From assembly GCA_965248435.1 (NCBI GenBank), contig OZ252100.1, positions 992,001-1,056,000 of the forward strand: a stretch of 64,000 nucleotides of DNA, read 5' to 3'. Shown one piece after another: positions 49,090 through 58,848 of the stretch. A program made the translations under genes and the position numbers. Source of the DNA: Candidatus Latescibacterota bacterium. Its GTDB lineage: Bacteria; Latescibacterota; UBA2968; GCA-2709665. Numbering within the stretch: the stretch's first letter is position 1; the number at the start of each line of letters is the position of its first letter. Under the pieces are notes generated by a model, which was given only the letters and a program-made list of their open reading frames with translations, did no database searches and was not told where the DNA came from.

Positions 49090-50052
49090 ATGGCACAGTG
49101 TAATTACACAGGACCAAGCGGCAGCCGTTGTGAGGAACCGGCCCTCGAGCAGAAGCCTTCCTGTTTCTGGCACGACAGAGATGCGGAAAAGGGCGGACAG
49201 GACATTAAAGCCAGGCTCGAAGAACGGGCGAAGAACCATCAGTCGATGGAAGGGTTTCAGCTCGGCCACGCAGACCTGGAGGACGCGTATCTGGTGGAGG
49301 CCGATCTTTCACACGCGAACCTCACACGAGCGAATCTCAAGGATGGTCATCTTTACGGAATCAACCTCAAGGGGGCTCGGCTCTTCAAGACCGATCTCGA
49401 GGACGCCAACTTGAAAGAGTCGGTCCTGGAAGGCGTGGATCTCTTGGGGGCCAACCTCGACGGAACCGATCTTCAGCGGGCCTCGTGGGGGAAGGACATC
49501 ACGCTCCGTAATCATCACGAGGCCGAGGTCTTGAAAGCGGACGGGGATAGGAAGGGGGCAGAAGCAAAATATCTGGAAGCGGAGGAGATATACAGGCTGA
49601 TCCGACAACGCTACGAGGCCTCTGGTGCCATCGATTTGGCAGGGGAGTTCTTCTACTGTGAGATGGTCGCCAAGCGCAAGCAGATGCCGATTATTTCCAT
49701 CGACCGTTTTTGGTCCAAGATGGTGGACCTCCTCTGCGGCTACGGCGAGGACCCGTTTCGCGTAGTTAATAGTATGATCATCTACATGGCTGTCAACGCC
49801 TGGATCTTCTGCATACTCGGGATGGGATCCGGAGGAGAGACGTTGGCATTCCATCTGAATGAAACGCTCGGACAGGACCTCTGGCTATTCGGAAAAGCCC
49901 TTTACTTCAGCATCGTTACCTTCACGACTCTGGGATACGGTGATATCTCCCCCATCGGATGGTCACGACCCATTGCGGCCATCGAGGCCCTCGCCGGGGT
50001 TTTCATGAACGCCCTCTTCCTGCTGACCTTTGTCAGGAAGTTGACCCGGTAG
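49090..50052 (+). CDS. Pentapeptide-repeat potassium channel protein
   Basis: A(D/N)L pentapeptide repeats; TFTTLGYGD selectivity filter. Confidence 0.9.
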   Translation: MAQCNYTGPSGSRCEEPALEQKPSCFWHDRDAEKGGQDIKARLEERAKNHQSMEGFQLGHADLEDAYLVEADLSHANLTRANLKDGHLYGINLKGARLFKTDLEDANLKESVLEGVDLLGANLDGTDLQRASWGKDITLRNHHEAEVLKADGDRKGAEAKYLEAEEIYRLIRQRYEASGAIDLAGEFFYCEMVAKRKQMPIISIDRFWSKMVDLLCGYGEDPFRVVNSMIIYMAVNAWIFCILGMGSGGETLAFHLNETLGQDLWLFGKALYFSIVTFTTLGYGDISPIGWSRPIAAIEALAGVFMNALFLLTFVRKLTR

Positions 50053-50062
50053 CCACGCCCCT

Positions 50063-51226
50063 ATGGCCAGGGACCCACGATATCTTCTCGCCGACTTCCT
50101 TCGTCTCTCCACTCTTCTTTGCTTCTTTCTAATCCTGCACCCCCTGCCCGCTGCGGGGGGTGACTCGCGTCCAGGAGCCAGAGACTTTGGCATCAGGATC
50201 GGAACGCTGCCCACCGGTTCCTACAACGCGATCACCGACGTGGCAGGCGTTCGGGTCGGTCACGTCACGCTCAACTCCGGAATGGGCAAACTGGTCGTCG
50301 GGAAGGGACCTGTGCGCACCGGAGTGACGGCCGTGCTGCCACACGCCGACGACATCTACCAGAACATGGTCTTCGCCGCGGCAGAGGTCCTTAACGGGAA
50401 CGGGGAGATGACCGGCGCTGAATGGGTGAACGAGCGCGGACTCCTGGAAGTTCCGGTGATCCTCACCAACACGTTGAGCGTCGGCACTGCCTACAACGGG
50501 GTCATCTCCTACATGCTCAACCAGGATCCGCGTCGCGTGCCTCTCCCGGTCGTCGCGGAATGCTACGACGGCGGGCTCAACGACATCGCCGGCAGGCACG
50601 TGCGAGAAGCTCACGTCCTGCAGGCCCTCGAGTCCGCCCGGAGCGGCCCGGTGACCGAAGGATCGGTCGGGGCCGGAACCGGTATGCGGGCCTATGGATT
50701 CAAAGCCGGCGTCGGCACTTCCTCTCGGGTTGTGGAAGGCCATACCGTCGGCGTCCTCGTGAACGCCAACTGCGGCCGTCGTTCGGAGCTGATCGTGGAT
50801 GGCGTACCGGCAGGGAGAGCGCTAGGGTCTGAGACCCTCAAACGCTCCCGGGACGGCTCCATCATTATCCTCATCGCAACAGACGCGCCACTCATCCCGA
50901 CACAACTCCGCCGGCTCTGCAAGCGCGCACCGCTCGGTCTCGCCCGGACAGGGACCGTATCTCGCACGAGCAGCGGCGATCTGATCCTCGCCTTCTCTAC
51001 GGCTCAGCGAATTCCACGAGACAAGGCGGTTCAGGACACCGTGCTCACGCTGCGGGACAGCCAGCTCACACCCCTGTTTCAGGCTGTGGTCGAGGCGACA
51101 GAAGAGGCCATCCTCAACGCAATGTTCCGCGCGGAGACCATGGTCGGGAGAGACGGTAACACAATAGTAGGTCTTCCGATCGATCAACTGGTTGACATCC
51201 TGAGGGCCCACGGCCGGCTGAAATAG
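50063..51226 (+). CDS. DmpA-like aminopeptidase (peptidase S58 / P1 family)
   Basis: NAITDVAGVRVGH, VRTGVT, EGSVGAGTGM, DGSII autocleavage site. Confidence 0.92.
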   Translation: MARDPRYLLADFLRLSTLLCFFLILHPLPAAGGDSRPGARDFGIRIGTLPTGSYNAITDVAGVRVGHVTLNSGMGKLVVGKGPVRTGVTAVLPHADDIYQNMVFAAAEVLNGNGEMTGAEWVNERGLLEVPVILTNTLSVGTAYNGVISYMLNQDPRRVPLPVVAECYDGGLNDIAGRHVREAHVLQALESARSGPVTEGSVGAGTGMRAYGFKAGVGTSSRVVEGHTVGVLVNANCGRRSELIVDGVPAGRALGSETLKRSRDGSIIILIATDAPLIPTQLRRLCKRAPLGLARTGTVSRTSSGDLILAFSTAQRIPRDKAVQDTVLTLRDSQLTPLFQAVVEATEEAILNAMFRAETMVGRDGNTIVGLPIDQLVDILRAHGRLK

Positions 51227-51254
51227 TGGTCTCGATGGTCTTCATGAATAAAGC

Positions 51255-52724
51255 TTGGAGTCGAACGGCATGGTCCACTGGCCCATCCTCCTGGTACTTT
51301 CCCTCTATATACTGATCACGCTCCTGGTTGGCCTCTATGCCGGCAGAAAAGTAAAGGCCTCTGCCGATTTTGTCGTGGCCGGCCGGAGGTTGGGAATCTG
51401 GCTCGCGACCGGCAGTCTTGCAGCCACCTGGTTTGGCGGGGGCGTCGTTGTCGGAGCAGCGAGCGAAGCCTACAAACGGGGGTTTCTGGGCGTGATCGCC
51501 GACCCCTTCGGCGCCGCTCTGTGCCTGTTTCTCGCCGGTATGTTCTATGTCAGAATAATGCGGCGGATGGGCCTGACGACGATTTCCGGTTTCTTTGAAA
51601 TCAGATACGGCAAACAGGCAGGAGTCATCGCCGCATTGTGCACCATCCCGGCCTATGTGGGCTGGGTCGCCTCGCTGCTGCTGGCCTTTGGAAAGGTCAT
51701 CCATCTCATCGTCGGCCTGGATTCCACCCTGGCGATCTGTTTGGGAACGGCCGTTGTCCTGATCTACACGGCGGCGGGCGGTATGTGGGCGGTTACACTC
51801 ACAGATTTCCTCCAGGTCGGTGTGCTCACGATCGGCCTCGTGGTCATCTTCCCGCTGTTGATCCACGACATGGGCGGATGGTCTGCCATCCGAGCCCAGA
51901 TTCCTGATGATCGATTCTTCCTCTTTCCCAGGGATGCTGGGTTCGCCGAATGGTTCGGCTATGCCAGGGATTGGCTCGTGATCGGTCTTGGAAATCTCGC
52001 GGGCCAGGACCTGCTTCAGCGGAGTCTATCCAGCAGAACAGAGGCCGTCGCACAAAACAGTGCCTATCTTGCCGGGCTGCTCTACGTCACCGTGGGTCTG
52101 CTGCCTGTGTTCCTGGGGATCTCCGCGACCCTGGTCTTCCCCGGTCTGCAGGATCCGGACCTCGTCATGATGAAGCTGGGCATGCACTACCTATCGCCCT
52201 TCTGGATGGCGCTCTTCCTGGGCGCCCTGGTTTCGGCACTCATGAGCAGCGCAGACAGTGCGCTCCTGGCCCCCGCGAGCATCATCGGCTCTGATCTGCT
52301 CAGGTATCTGCGTCCAGACGTATCCGAAGCGCGCATCCTGCAGGTGTGCAGACTCAGCGTACCGGTGCTGGGGCTCGTCGCGCTCTACCTGGCGCTGGTC
52401 CACAACGTCGTCTACACACTGATGGTGAACTCCTGGTCGATCCTTCTTGCGACCCTGTTTGTCCCCCTTACCGCCGGAATCTGGTGGCCCCGGGCTAACA
52501 CGCCGGGCGCCCTGGCAAGCATCCTGGCCGGCCTGGCCGCCTGGCTCCTCATCCTCACCCTGGCCCCGAACCTCCCGGCCGATCTTATTGCGGTCCCCGT
52601 TGCCCTCCTTTTCCTGGGTTGCGTCAGTCGGTTCACGAGACGTGCGCCCAGGGCCCTCACCGATGCATCCGGCAGGCCTCTGGAATTCAAGGATCGAGCC
52701 GGCCTGCTCGGACTGCTACGATAA
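51255..52724 (+). CDS. Sodium:solute symporter family protein
   Basis: DFVVAGRRL, ATWFGG, GGMWAVTLTD, SALMSSADS. Confidence 0.92.
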   Translation: MESNGMVHWPILLVLSLYILITLLVGLYAGRKVKASADFVVAGRRLGIWLATGSLAATWFGGGVVVGAASEAYKRGFLGVIADPFGAALCLFLAGMFYVRIMRRMGLTTISGFFEIRYGKQAGVIAALCTIPAYVGWVASLLLAFGKVIHLIVGLDSTLAICLGTAVVLIYTAAGGMWAVTLTDFLQVGVLTIGLVVIFPLLIHDMGGWSAIRAQIPDDRFFLFPRDAGFAEWFGYARDWLVIGLGNLAGQDLLQRSLSSRTEAVAQNSAYLAGLLYVTVGLLPVFLGISATLVFPGLQDPDLVMMKLGMHYLSPFWMALFLGALVSALMSSADSALLAPASIIGSDLLRYLRPDVSEARILQVCRLSVPVLGLVALYLALVHNVVYTLMVNSWSILLATLFVPLTAGIWWPRANTPGALASILAGLAAWLLILTLAPNLPADLIAVPVALLFLGCVSRFTRRAPRALTDASGRPLEFKDRAGLLGLLR

Positions 52725-52926
52725 AAAATGTTTGAATCAGAGCCCCGTTCTCCTTATATTTTCGATAAGTCCCAATAAATAAACAGGGCAGCGTTGTCTG
52801 AGGCCCTGAACTTTGCATAGAATGGACCTGCCCCATATCGGTATAACTGCGTTTAGATTTATACCTTTATCTCTGATTCCCATGATTGCTGCTGGGATTC
52901 CGTTTGAGATGATGGAGTAACCGAAC

Positions 52927-54879
52927 ATGGCCGATGCGAGGGAAAAGCTTCAGGCCGCAATCGCGGCGAAACAGGGCGCCCCCAGGGCGCCCTCACCTCC
53001 CAAGGCGCCCAAGAAGAAAGCACCCCCCCCCAAGCCTGAGCCTCCTCCATTAAGGAAGCCCAAGGAAGAGCCGGAAAAGCCTGCCGCCAAGAAGGCTTCA
53101 TTCTTCAAGAAGTCGAAAAAGAAGAAAAAACCCAAGGCTTCTGAAAAGCAGAAGAAAGCCCCCAAGGCTGAGAAGAAGCAGAAGAAGGAAAAGAAGAAGG
53201 GATCTGGGTTCTTCCAGAAGTTCGTGTCTGATCTCAAGGAGGCGGCGGAGGATATCAAACCTAAGGCACTCGTGTCTTCAGCCTCCGAAGGCCTGGGTTC
53301 ACTCAAGTCTATGGTGGCGTCCGGCAATGAGGAAGACGCCGACCGCGAACCCAAGTCCAAGCCTGCCAAGAAAGCAGCCGCGTCCGCTGAGCGGGACGAA
53401 TCAACAACCGCCGCGCAAGCCGAGGTCGAGTCGGGATCCACCGCGGCCGCGGCATCGACCTCACCTTCGTCCGGCCCCCCCCCGGCACAGGATGAGGCTG
53501 CTCCAGCACCCGCTTCCGGAGCCCCCTCTGCTGCACCTTCAGCATCCGAAGGAGATGCTCCCCCCTCCTTTTCTACTGTCAAAGTCCAAAAAGCCACTCC
53601 GAAAAAGAAAAGAACACCAAAACCTCCTAAACCGAAGAAGGATCTGACGGAAGAGCTTGAAGAGGCCGTCGCGGCTGCGCCCGAAGATGAGCCGGTTTCA
53701 GCGACACCGGAAATTGGTGAAGAGGAAACGCAGGATTCTATCCAGCCCGAACCAGAGGAGATCCAAGCTGACCGTGAAGAGGTGGAGGCCCCAACGGAGA
53801 CAGAGGAACTAGAGCCTCTGGAAGCAGACGAGCCGGAGGTAGTATCAGCATCCGCCGAAGAAGCTGAGGCGGTCGGCGTCGCTGACGAACCGAAACAGGA
53901 ACCGGCTTCGTCACAGAAAAGCGAAGAGGCCTCCGGGGGAAAGAAGAAGGCCAAGAAGCTGCCTCAGAAGCAGGTTCAGCAGGTCTCCAAGTCCGAACAG
54001 TTGATGCGGAGCTTCCAGGCCCTGCAGATCCTCCTGAACGACGAAACGTGGAGCCCGGTTGTGACCGACCCGGAATCTCGGCCGAGCACACTCGGAAGCG
54101 AAATCCCAATCTTTGAAATCCAGCTTAGCTTCGATGACGGCAGGGTTCTTCCGGTGGACACCGATCTCTGTCCCGTAGACATCGAAGGGCAGCGGCGGCG
54201 GCTTCTTCACTTAAGAGACATTCGTCGAAGAAAGGCTGCTGAAACCCGGTCCTCCATGATCTTCGAATATATCGGAGACGGGATCCTCATCACAGACCAG
54301 GCGGGTGTCGTGCTCCTGGGAAGCCGAAGCGCCGCGGAGCTGACGGGTTACTCCAGGGATGAGATCGTGGGTCTGGACATCGCCCAGTTCCATTCAGAAG
54401 AGGGTGCGGCCAGGTGGCAGGATTTGGTCCGACGCCAGGAGTCGGAACCCGGAATCTACGAGGATCGGCTCAAGAGAAAGGATGGGCGCGAGATTCCGGT
54501 AGAGTGGACCATGGCCGCCTTCTCGGTAGGAAGTGAAGCCTATTTCATCGGAGTGGCTCGCAACCTGACAGATCGCAAGTCTGCCGATGAAAAGAGGATG
54601 GAAGCGGAGCGTCTCAATACGCTCCTGGAAATCGCTGGAGGTGCCGCTCACGAGATCAATCAGCCCCTTACGGCAATCCTGGGATATGCTGAAATGGCCC
54701 TGGACAGCCTGGGTAAAGACGACGCGACTTATAGTTACCAGCAGCAAATCGTGGAGGCCGCTCTACGGATCAACGATATCCTGAAACGCATGCAGGCGGT
54801 GCGGGAGTACCGGACCCGGCCCTATGCGGACGGCCATCAGATCGTAGATTTCGAACAGTCCTCCAGTGAAGAGCAATAA
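52927..54879 (+). CDS. PAS plus HisKA protein with a long low-complexity N-terminus and no ATPase domain
   Basis: K/P/A/E-rich first ~350 aa; PAS/PAC; AHEINQPLT; ends about 60 aa after the H-box. Confidence 0.8.
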   Translation: MADAREKLQAAIAAKQGAPRAPSPPKAPKKKAPPPKPEPPPLRKPKEEPEKPAAKKASFFKKSKKKKKPKASEKQKKAPKAEKKQKKEKKKGSGFFQKFVSDLKEAAEDIKPKALVSSASEGLGSLKSMVASGNEEDADREPKSKPAKKAAASAERDESTTAAQAEVESGSTAAAASTSPSSGPPPAQDEAAPAPASGAPSAAPSASEGDAPPSFSTVKVQKATPKKKRTPKPPKPKKDLTEELEEAVAAAPEDEPVSATPEIGEEETQDSIQPEPEEIQADREEVEAPTETEELEPLEADEPEVVSASAEEAEAVGVADEPKQEPASSQKSEEASGGKKKAKKLPQKQVQQVSKSEQLMRSFQALQILLNDETWSPVVTDPESRPSTLGSEIPIFEIQLSFDDGRVLPVDTDLCPVDIEGQRRRLLHLRDIRRRKAAETRSSMIFEYIGDGILITDQAGVVLLGSRSAAELTGYSRDEIVGLDIAQFHSEEGAARWQDLVRRQESEPGIYEDRLKRKDGREIPVEWTMAAFSVGSEAYFIGVARNLTDRKSADEKRMEAERLNTLLEIAGGAAHEINQPLTAILGYAEMALDSLGKDDATYSYQQQIVEAALRINDILKRMQAVREYRTRPYADGHQIVDFEQSSSEEQ

Positions 54880-54904
54880 TGCCCCACGCCCGCTCGACCT
54901 GCGC

Positions 54905-55669
54905 TCACTTTCCCGTCCCCACCTTGTTGATCAAGCTCGCTGCAAATCCCGCACCGAATCCGTTGTCGATATTAACGACCGTGACGCCAGGAGCACAGCT
55001 GTTCATCATCCCGAGCAGAGCGGCTAACCCTCCAAAGCTTGCTCCGTAACCAACGCTCGTGGGCACTGCCACCACGGGTACGCTGACCAAACCCCCAACA
55101 ACGCTCGGTAGCGCTCCCTCCATGCCTGCCACCACGACGATCACACTCGCCTCTGAAATCTCTTCTCGATACGCCAGCAGGCGATGGATGCCTGAGACGC
55201 CGACGTCGTACAATCGCTCCACCTGATTTCCCATAACATCGGCCGTGACCGAGGCCTCCTCCGCCACCGGAAGGTCAGACGTCCCGGCAGAAACCACCAG
55301 CACCTTACCCGAACATGTTGCACTACTCGATCCATCCGCGCGGACGACGACGGTCCGGGCGAGGCGGTTAACCTCCGCCTCTGGCAGCGCTTCCAGAAGG
55401 GCATCTGCCATCTCCTCCGTTGCTCGTGTCCCTAAAAGAGGCGATCCGGCCTCTACGATCTTCCTGGAAATACTCAGAACCTGGTCCACCGTCTTCCCCT
55501 CGCAGAACACGACCTCCGGGAATCCCTGGCGCGTCTCGCGATGATGGTCGACCTTCGCGAAACCAAGATCCTCGAAAGGCAGTTTTTCCAGCTGAACAAC
55601 CGCTGCCTCGATTCCCAGGTCTCCCGTCTTCACGTCCTCCAGGATCCTCTTGATTCTGTCAGCAGTCAC
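54905..55669 (-). CDS. larB: Nickel pincer cofactor biosynthesis protein LarB (AIR carboxylase-like)
   Basis: AGTSDLPVAEEA, DVGVSGIHRL, AGMEGAL, PTSVGYG, NIDNGFGA. Confidence 0.93.
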   Translation of the reverse strand: MTADRIKRILEDVKTGDLGIEAAVVQLEKLPFEDLGFAKVDHHRETRQGFPEVVFCEGKTVDQVLSISRKIVEAGSPLLGTRATEEMADALLEALPEAEVNRLARTVVVRADGSSSATCSGKVLVVSAGTSDLPVAEEASVTADVMGNQVERLYDVGVSGIHRLLAYREEISEASVIVVVAGMEGALPSVVGGLVSVPVVAVPTSVGYGASFGGLAALLGMMNSCAPGVTVVNIDNGFGAGFAASLINKVGTGK

Positions 55670-55725
55670 TTAAAACCTCCAGGGCAACAGGCCTGAGTGG
55701 ACGAAGTCGCTTGGGAAGGTCGCAG

Positions 55726-56400
55726 CTATGCGAGCGCTTTTCCATCCAGCCCTACGGGGCATAACCTCTGCAGTGGGCAGATGTCGCACTTCGGCTTTGG
55801 GCGACAGATGTCCTTGCCAAGAGCGACGATCAGCGCATGGTACTCCTTGTAGAGTCCTACATCTTTCGGAATCGAGTCGGAGAATCGTGCCCTGAGGTCA
55901 TCGTAGCCGATCTTTCCGTCTACAAGACCTAAGCGGCTGAAGATCCGTCGTGTATAGGCATCGACAACGAAGGTGGGCATTTCGAGGGCGTAGAGCAAAA
56001 TACTGTCTGCCGTCTCCGGCCCCACGCCGTTGACTTCCAGAAGCTCGGGTCGCAGTGCCTTCAATGACCTGGCCTTCATTTTACACGGCTTACTCTGGTA
56101 GTTCGACCCAAAGTAGCGCAGATAGGCCTTGAGCCGTTTGGCCTTGACGTTGAAATATCCGGCGGGGCGAATCAGTGCGGCGAGTTCCCGTTCCGAGATT
56201 CGATACATCGCCCTCGGTCCCAGTTTGTTGGAGGACCTTAGGTTCTCTATCGCCCGCTCGACGTTCTTCCAGGCCGTGTTCTGAGTCAGAATCGCGCCAA
56301 TCATAACCTCAAAGGCGGTCTCTGCCGGCCACCATCCCTGCGGGCCAAAGGAGGCGAAGAGCAGATCGAACACCTGCTGGAAGCGTCCCTCTCGAGGCAT
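55726..56400 (-). CDS. Endonuclease III-domain (HhH-GPD) protein
   Basis: GAILTQNTAWKNV, GVGPETADSILLYA, VVDAY, CRPKPKCDICPLQRLC. Confidence 0.92.
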   Translation of the reverse strand: MPREGRFQQVFDLLFASFGPQGWWPAETAFEVMIGAILTQNTAWKNVERAIENLRSSNKLGPRAMYRISERELAALIRPAGYFNVKAKRLKAYLRYFGSNYQSKPCKMKARSLKALRPELLEVNGVGPETADSILLYALEMPTFVVDAYTRRIFSRLGLVDGKIGYDDLRARFSDSIPKDVGLYKEYHALIVALGKDICRPKPKCDICPLQRLCPVGLDGKALA

Positions 56401-56423
56401 GAAGAAGATTCCAGGATTGCAGC

Positions 56424-56458
56424 AAAACGGCGTCCGGACACTTTAGGTCCGGACGCCG
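56424..56458 (-). terminator. Intrinsic terminator
   Basis: CGGCGTCCGGAC/GTCCGGACGCCG 12-bp stem followed by TTTT on the minus strand. Confidence 0.75.
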
Positions 56459-56483
56459 GTCATTTAGCTCGCGTGCCTTCGTA

Positions 56484-56609
56484 CTAGTTCGGATGGATCA
56501 GCGCTTTTTTCCATCGCTGCATGATACTCAACTGACGCTTGGCACGCTGGTATCTGTCCAGGATTTCGATAACCTTCAACCGCAATGCGAATTTTCGAAT
56601 GTCCAACAC
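56484..56609 (-). CDS. Candidate 41-aa basic small protein
   Basis: GTG start, MLDIRKFALRLKVIEILDRYQRAKRQLSIMQRWKKALIHPN*, AGGGG upstream and a terminator downstream. Confidence 0.4.
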   Translation of the reverse strand: MLDIRKFALRLKVIEILDRYQRAKRQLSIMQRWKKALIHPN

Positions 56610-56789
56610 GACTTTTAGCCCCTATCTCAACGACGTGCTGTTTGCGACAAGATAAGCAGGCGTCGAACAAAAGTCAAGGCACCCATCTGCGATGCTCAAC
56701 AAGGAATTCTCCTTTACAGCCGCAGACCCGACATCTATATTGCTTCGATTTCACGATCCAAGAACACTTTCGCATCGAGGTTACACACT

Positions 56790-57554
56790 ATGGCGGAAAA
56801 CAGGCTGAAAGCCAGGCTTAAAGATGGAAACATTGTCGTTGGCCCGTTTGTAAACATAGGCTCGGGTGCGATGATCGAAATCGCTGCGTTCGCGGGATTC
56901 GACTTCGTTATTCTCGATACGGAGCACGGCCCGCTGGACATCGAGACGACCGAAGATCTTTGTCGGGTCGCCTCCGGCGTGAATCTCACGCCAATCGTCC
57001 GTGTTCGCGAGAACGATCCGCCGCAGATACTTCGAGCCCTGGATATCGGTTCTGGTGGCGTTCAAGTGCCTCAAATCTCTTCGAGGGCAGATGCTGAGGC
57101 CGTCGTCCAGGCTGCCAAGTATGCGCCCTTGGGCATGCGGGGCGTCTCCCCATACACGAGAGCGGCGCGCTATTTTGCCGAAGGATCCTCTATCTTAGGG
57201 AGGCTTAACGAAGAATCCATGATCGTCATCCACATAGAGGGTGTAGAGGGCCTGAACAATATCACAGAGATCTTAGATGTCCAGGGTCTGGACGTGATCT
57301 TTCTGGGTCCTTACGACCTTTCACAGTCACTCGGCATCCCGGGGCAGGTGAACGACTCGAGGGTGGTGGAACGAATGAAGCTGGCCGTGAGCGAGGTGGA
57401 TGCGGCTGGCATCGCTGTCGGCACATTCTGCGATACCCGGGAAGCCGCCGAACGCTGGATCGACGCCGGTGTCCGTTACGTTGTCACCTCAGTCGACACA
57501 GGCATCTACCTGCAGGGATGTCGAAGCATGATCCAGGGCTTGAAACGGGGGTAA
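56790..57554 (+). CDS. HpcH/HpaI aldolase family protein
   Basis: DTEHGP, PIVRV, LDIGSGGVQVP, YAPLGMRG, FLGPYDLS. Confidence 0.92.
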   Translation: MAENRLKARLKDGNIVVGPFVNIGSGAMIEIAAFAGFDFVILDTEHGPLDIETTEDLCRVASGVNLTPIVRVRENDPPQILRALDIGSGGVQVPQISSRADAEAVVQAAKYAPLGMRGVSPYTRAARYFAEGSSILGRLNEESMIVIHIEGVEGLNNITEILDVQGLDVIFLGPYDLSQSLGIPGQVNDSRVVERMKLAVSEVDAAGIAVGTFCDTREAAERWIDAGVRYVVTSVDTGIYLQGCRSMIQGLKRG

Positions 57555-57585
57555 AAAAAAGTGGGACAGTTAAGGCCTGCCCCAC
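57553..57585 (-). terminator. Intrinsic terminator after the DksA/TraR gene
   Basis: GTGGGGCAG/CTGTCCCAC hairpin plus T8 on the minus strand. Confidence 0.7.
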
Positions 57586-57618
57586 CCCATCGCAAGAATG
57601 CTGCTTAACGGACTTTGA

Positions 57619-58059
57619 TCAGGTCTCTTCTTCGCTCGATACCGGGAGATCGTCACTGAGGATAATGCGACGTCTCCGTCGATCTACCTGAAGATCCCTG
57701 GGATTCCTTTCCTGTTTCTGCTGGCAGTCTACGCAGAGCCGTGCTGTCGGAATCGCCTCCAGACGGGCCGGCGCGATATTCGTTTCACATTCCTCACATT
57801 TTCCATACGTCTTAGTGCCCATCTTCTCTATCGCATTGTCGATCTCCGACAGCTCGACCCTTTCGTTGTTGCCCAGGGCAATCATCAACTCCAGGGACGA
57901 GCTGTTTCCTGCCATATCGAGCGGATCGGCAGGCTGATCGTCCCTGAGTTCGTCGATATCGTCGTCCTGGATAACGACCTGCTTCAGGAGATCGTGCCTT
58001 CTCTTTTCCAGGAGCTTTTTGAATGAACCCATCTGCCGTTTGTTCATCTTCCTCTTCAC
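57619..58059 (-). CDS. dksA: DksA/TraR C4 zinc-finger protein
   Basis: DPLDMA tip motif, YGKCEEC, RLEAIPTARLCVDC. Confidence 0.88.
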   Translation of the reverse strand: MKRKMNKRQMGSFKKLLEKRRHDLLKQVVIQDDDIDELRDDQPADPLDMAGNSSSLELMIALGNNERVELSEIDNAIEKMGTKTYGKCEECETNIAPARLEAIPTARLCVDCQQKQERNPRDLQVDRRRRRIILSDDLPVSSEEET

Positions 58060-58146
58060 CCCTCCAAATTCCAGCTCTGACGATTGCCGCTTTCAGTAGT
58101 TAGATCGGCAAATCGGCCAAAACTCTTCACCAGGCTTCAAAAACAG

Positions 58147-58306
58147 AAAAAACCGGTACAGCACTCGAAATTCCTGTACCGGCCTGCGACCCTCTCGGAC
58201 CTGCGGCCTGACTTCGCGAAAGCTCGGAAACGCCTGGATTTCTACGGAAAGCCAAGTGTTCCGGCCTTGAATCTTGAAATTTACAGGACAGACCGTGGAA
58301 TGTCAA
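58147..58306 (-). promoter_or_regulatory. Sigma70 promoter, structured leader and terminator upstream of dksA
   Basis: TTGACA(58306-58301)-17 nt-TAAATT; CCGGTACAG/CTGTACCGG plus T6 at 58182-58147. Confidence 0.6.
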
Positions 58307-58353
58307 GCCCCTTTTATTAAGATCGGGCCTGCCCGGACGATCCCCATTATGCA

Positions 58354-58382
58354 TTGACAACACAGGTCCAATGTCTTACGGT
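58354..58382 (+). promoter_or_regulatory. Candidate sigma70 promoter for the 58428 gene
   Basis: TTGACA-17 nt-TACGGT. Confidence 0.45.
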
Positions 58383-58427
58383 TCGTATCGTAAGGCCTTT
58401 TAATTTCAACACCTAGCGGAGGAATCT

Positions 58428-58841
58428 ATGGCATCCTCTTTAACTGACAAAGTTTGGTGGCTCGCGGTTCCCGTCCTCCTCTTCTTCCTCGTTACCGGCA
58501 TCATCTGGCCCTTCTTGGAGGATGAGGATCAGCCGGAGAATTCTGCCCCAATAGCCGTCAGCTGGGTGGATTCTGTCCAGGTCCTCAGCTGGGACTGGCG
58601 GCACGATCGCACAGGGAACATTTTTGCTGTCTTCGGGGTGATTAAGAACTTGAGCAGCAAAGACTTCCGGCAGGTCACCATGCATATGCGGACACACGAT
58701 CAGTCGGACGAAATGATCGGCAAATACTCGATCGTCGTGAAAGACCTCAAAGCCGGGGCGGAGAAGCCATTCAGGGAAGACGTCCGGCGTACTGGAATCG
58801 AGGAGACGGGTTACCTGGACGTCCACAGCGTGGAGCCGTAG
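58428..58841 (+). CDS. Membrane-anchored FxLYD-like domain protein
   Basis: N-terminal TM; GVIKNLS...V.DLKAGAEKPF pattern; GGAGG RBS. Confidence 0.65.
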   Translation: MASSLTDKVWWLAVPVLLFFLVTGIIWPFLEDEDQPENSAPIAVSWVDSVQVLSWDWRHDRTGNIFAVFGVIKNLSSKDFRQVTMHMRTHDQSDEMIGKYSIVVKDLKAGAEKPFREDVRRTGIEETGYLDVHSVEP

Positions 58842-58848
58842 GGGACCC

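Noticed and set aside
52950-53954. 334-aa minus-strand ORF
   Set aside because: Antisense shadow of a low-complexity coding region.
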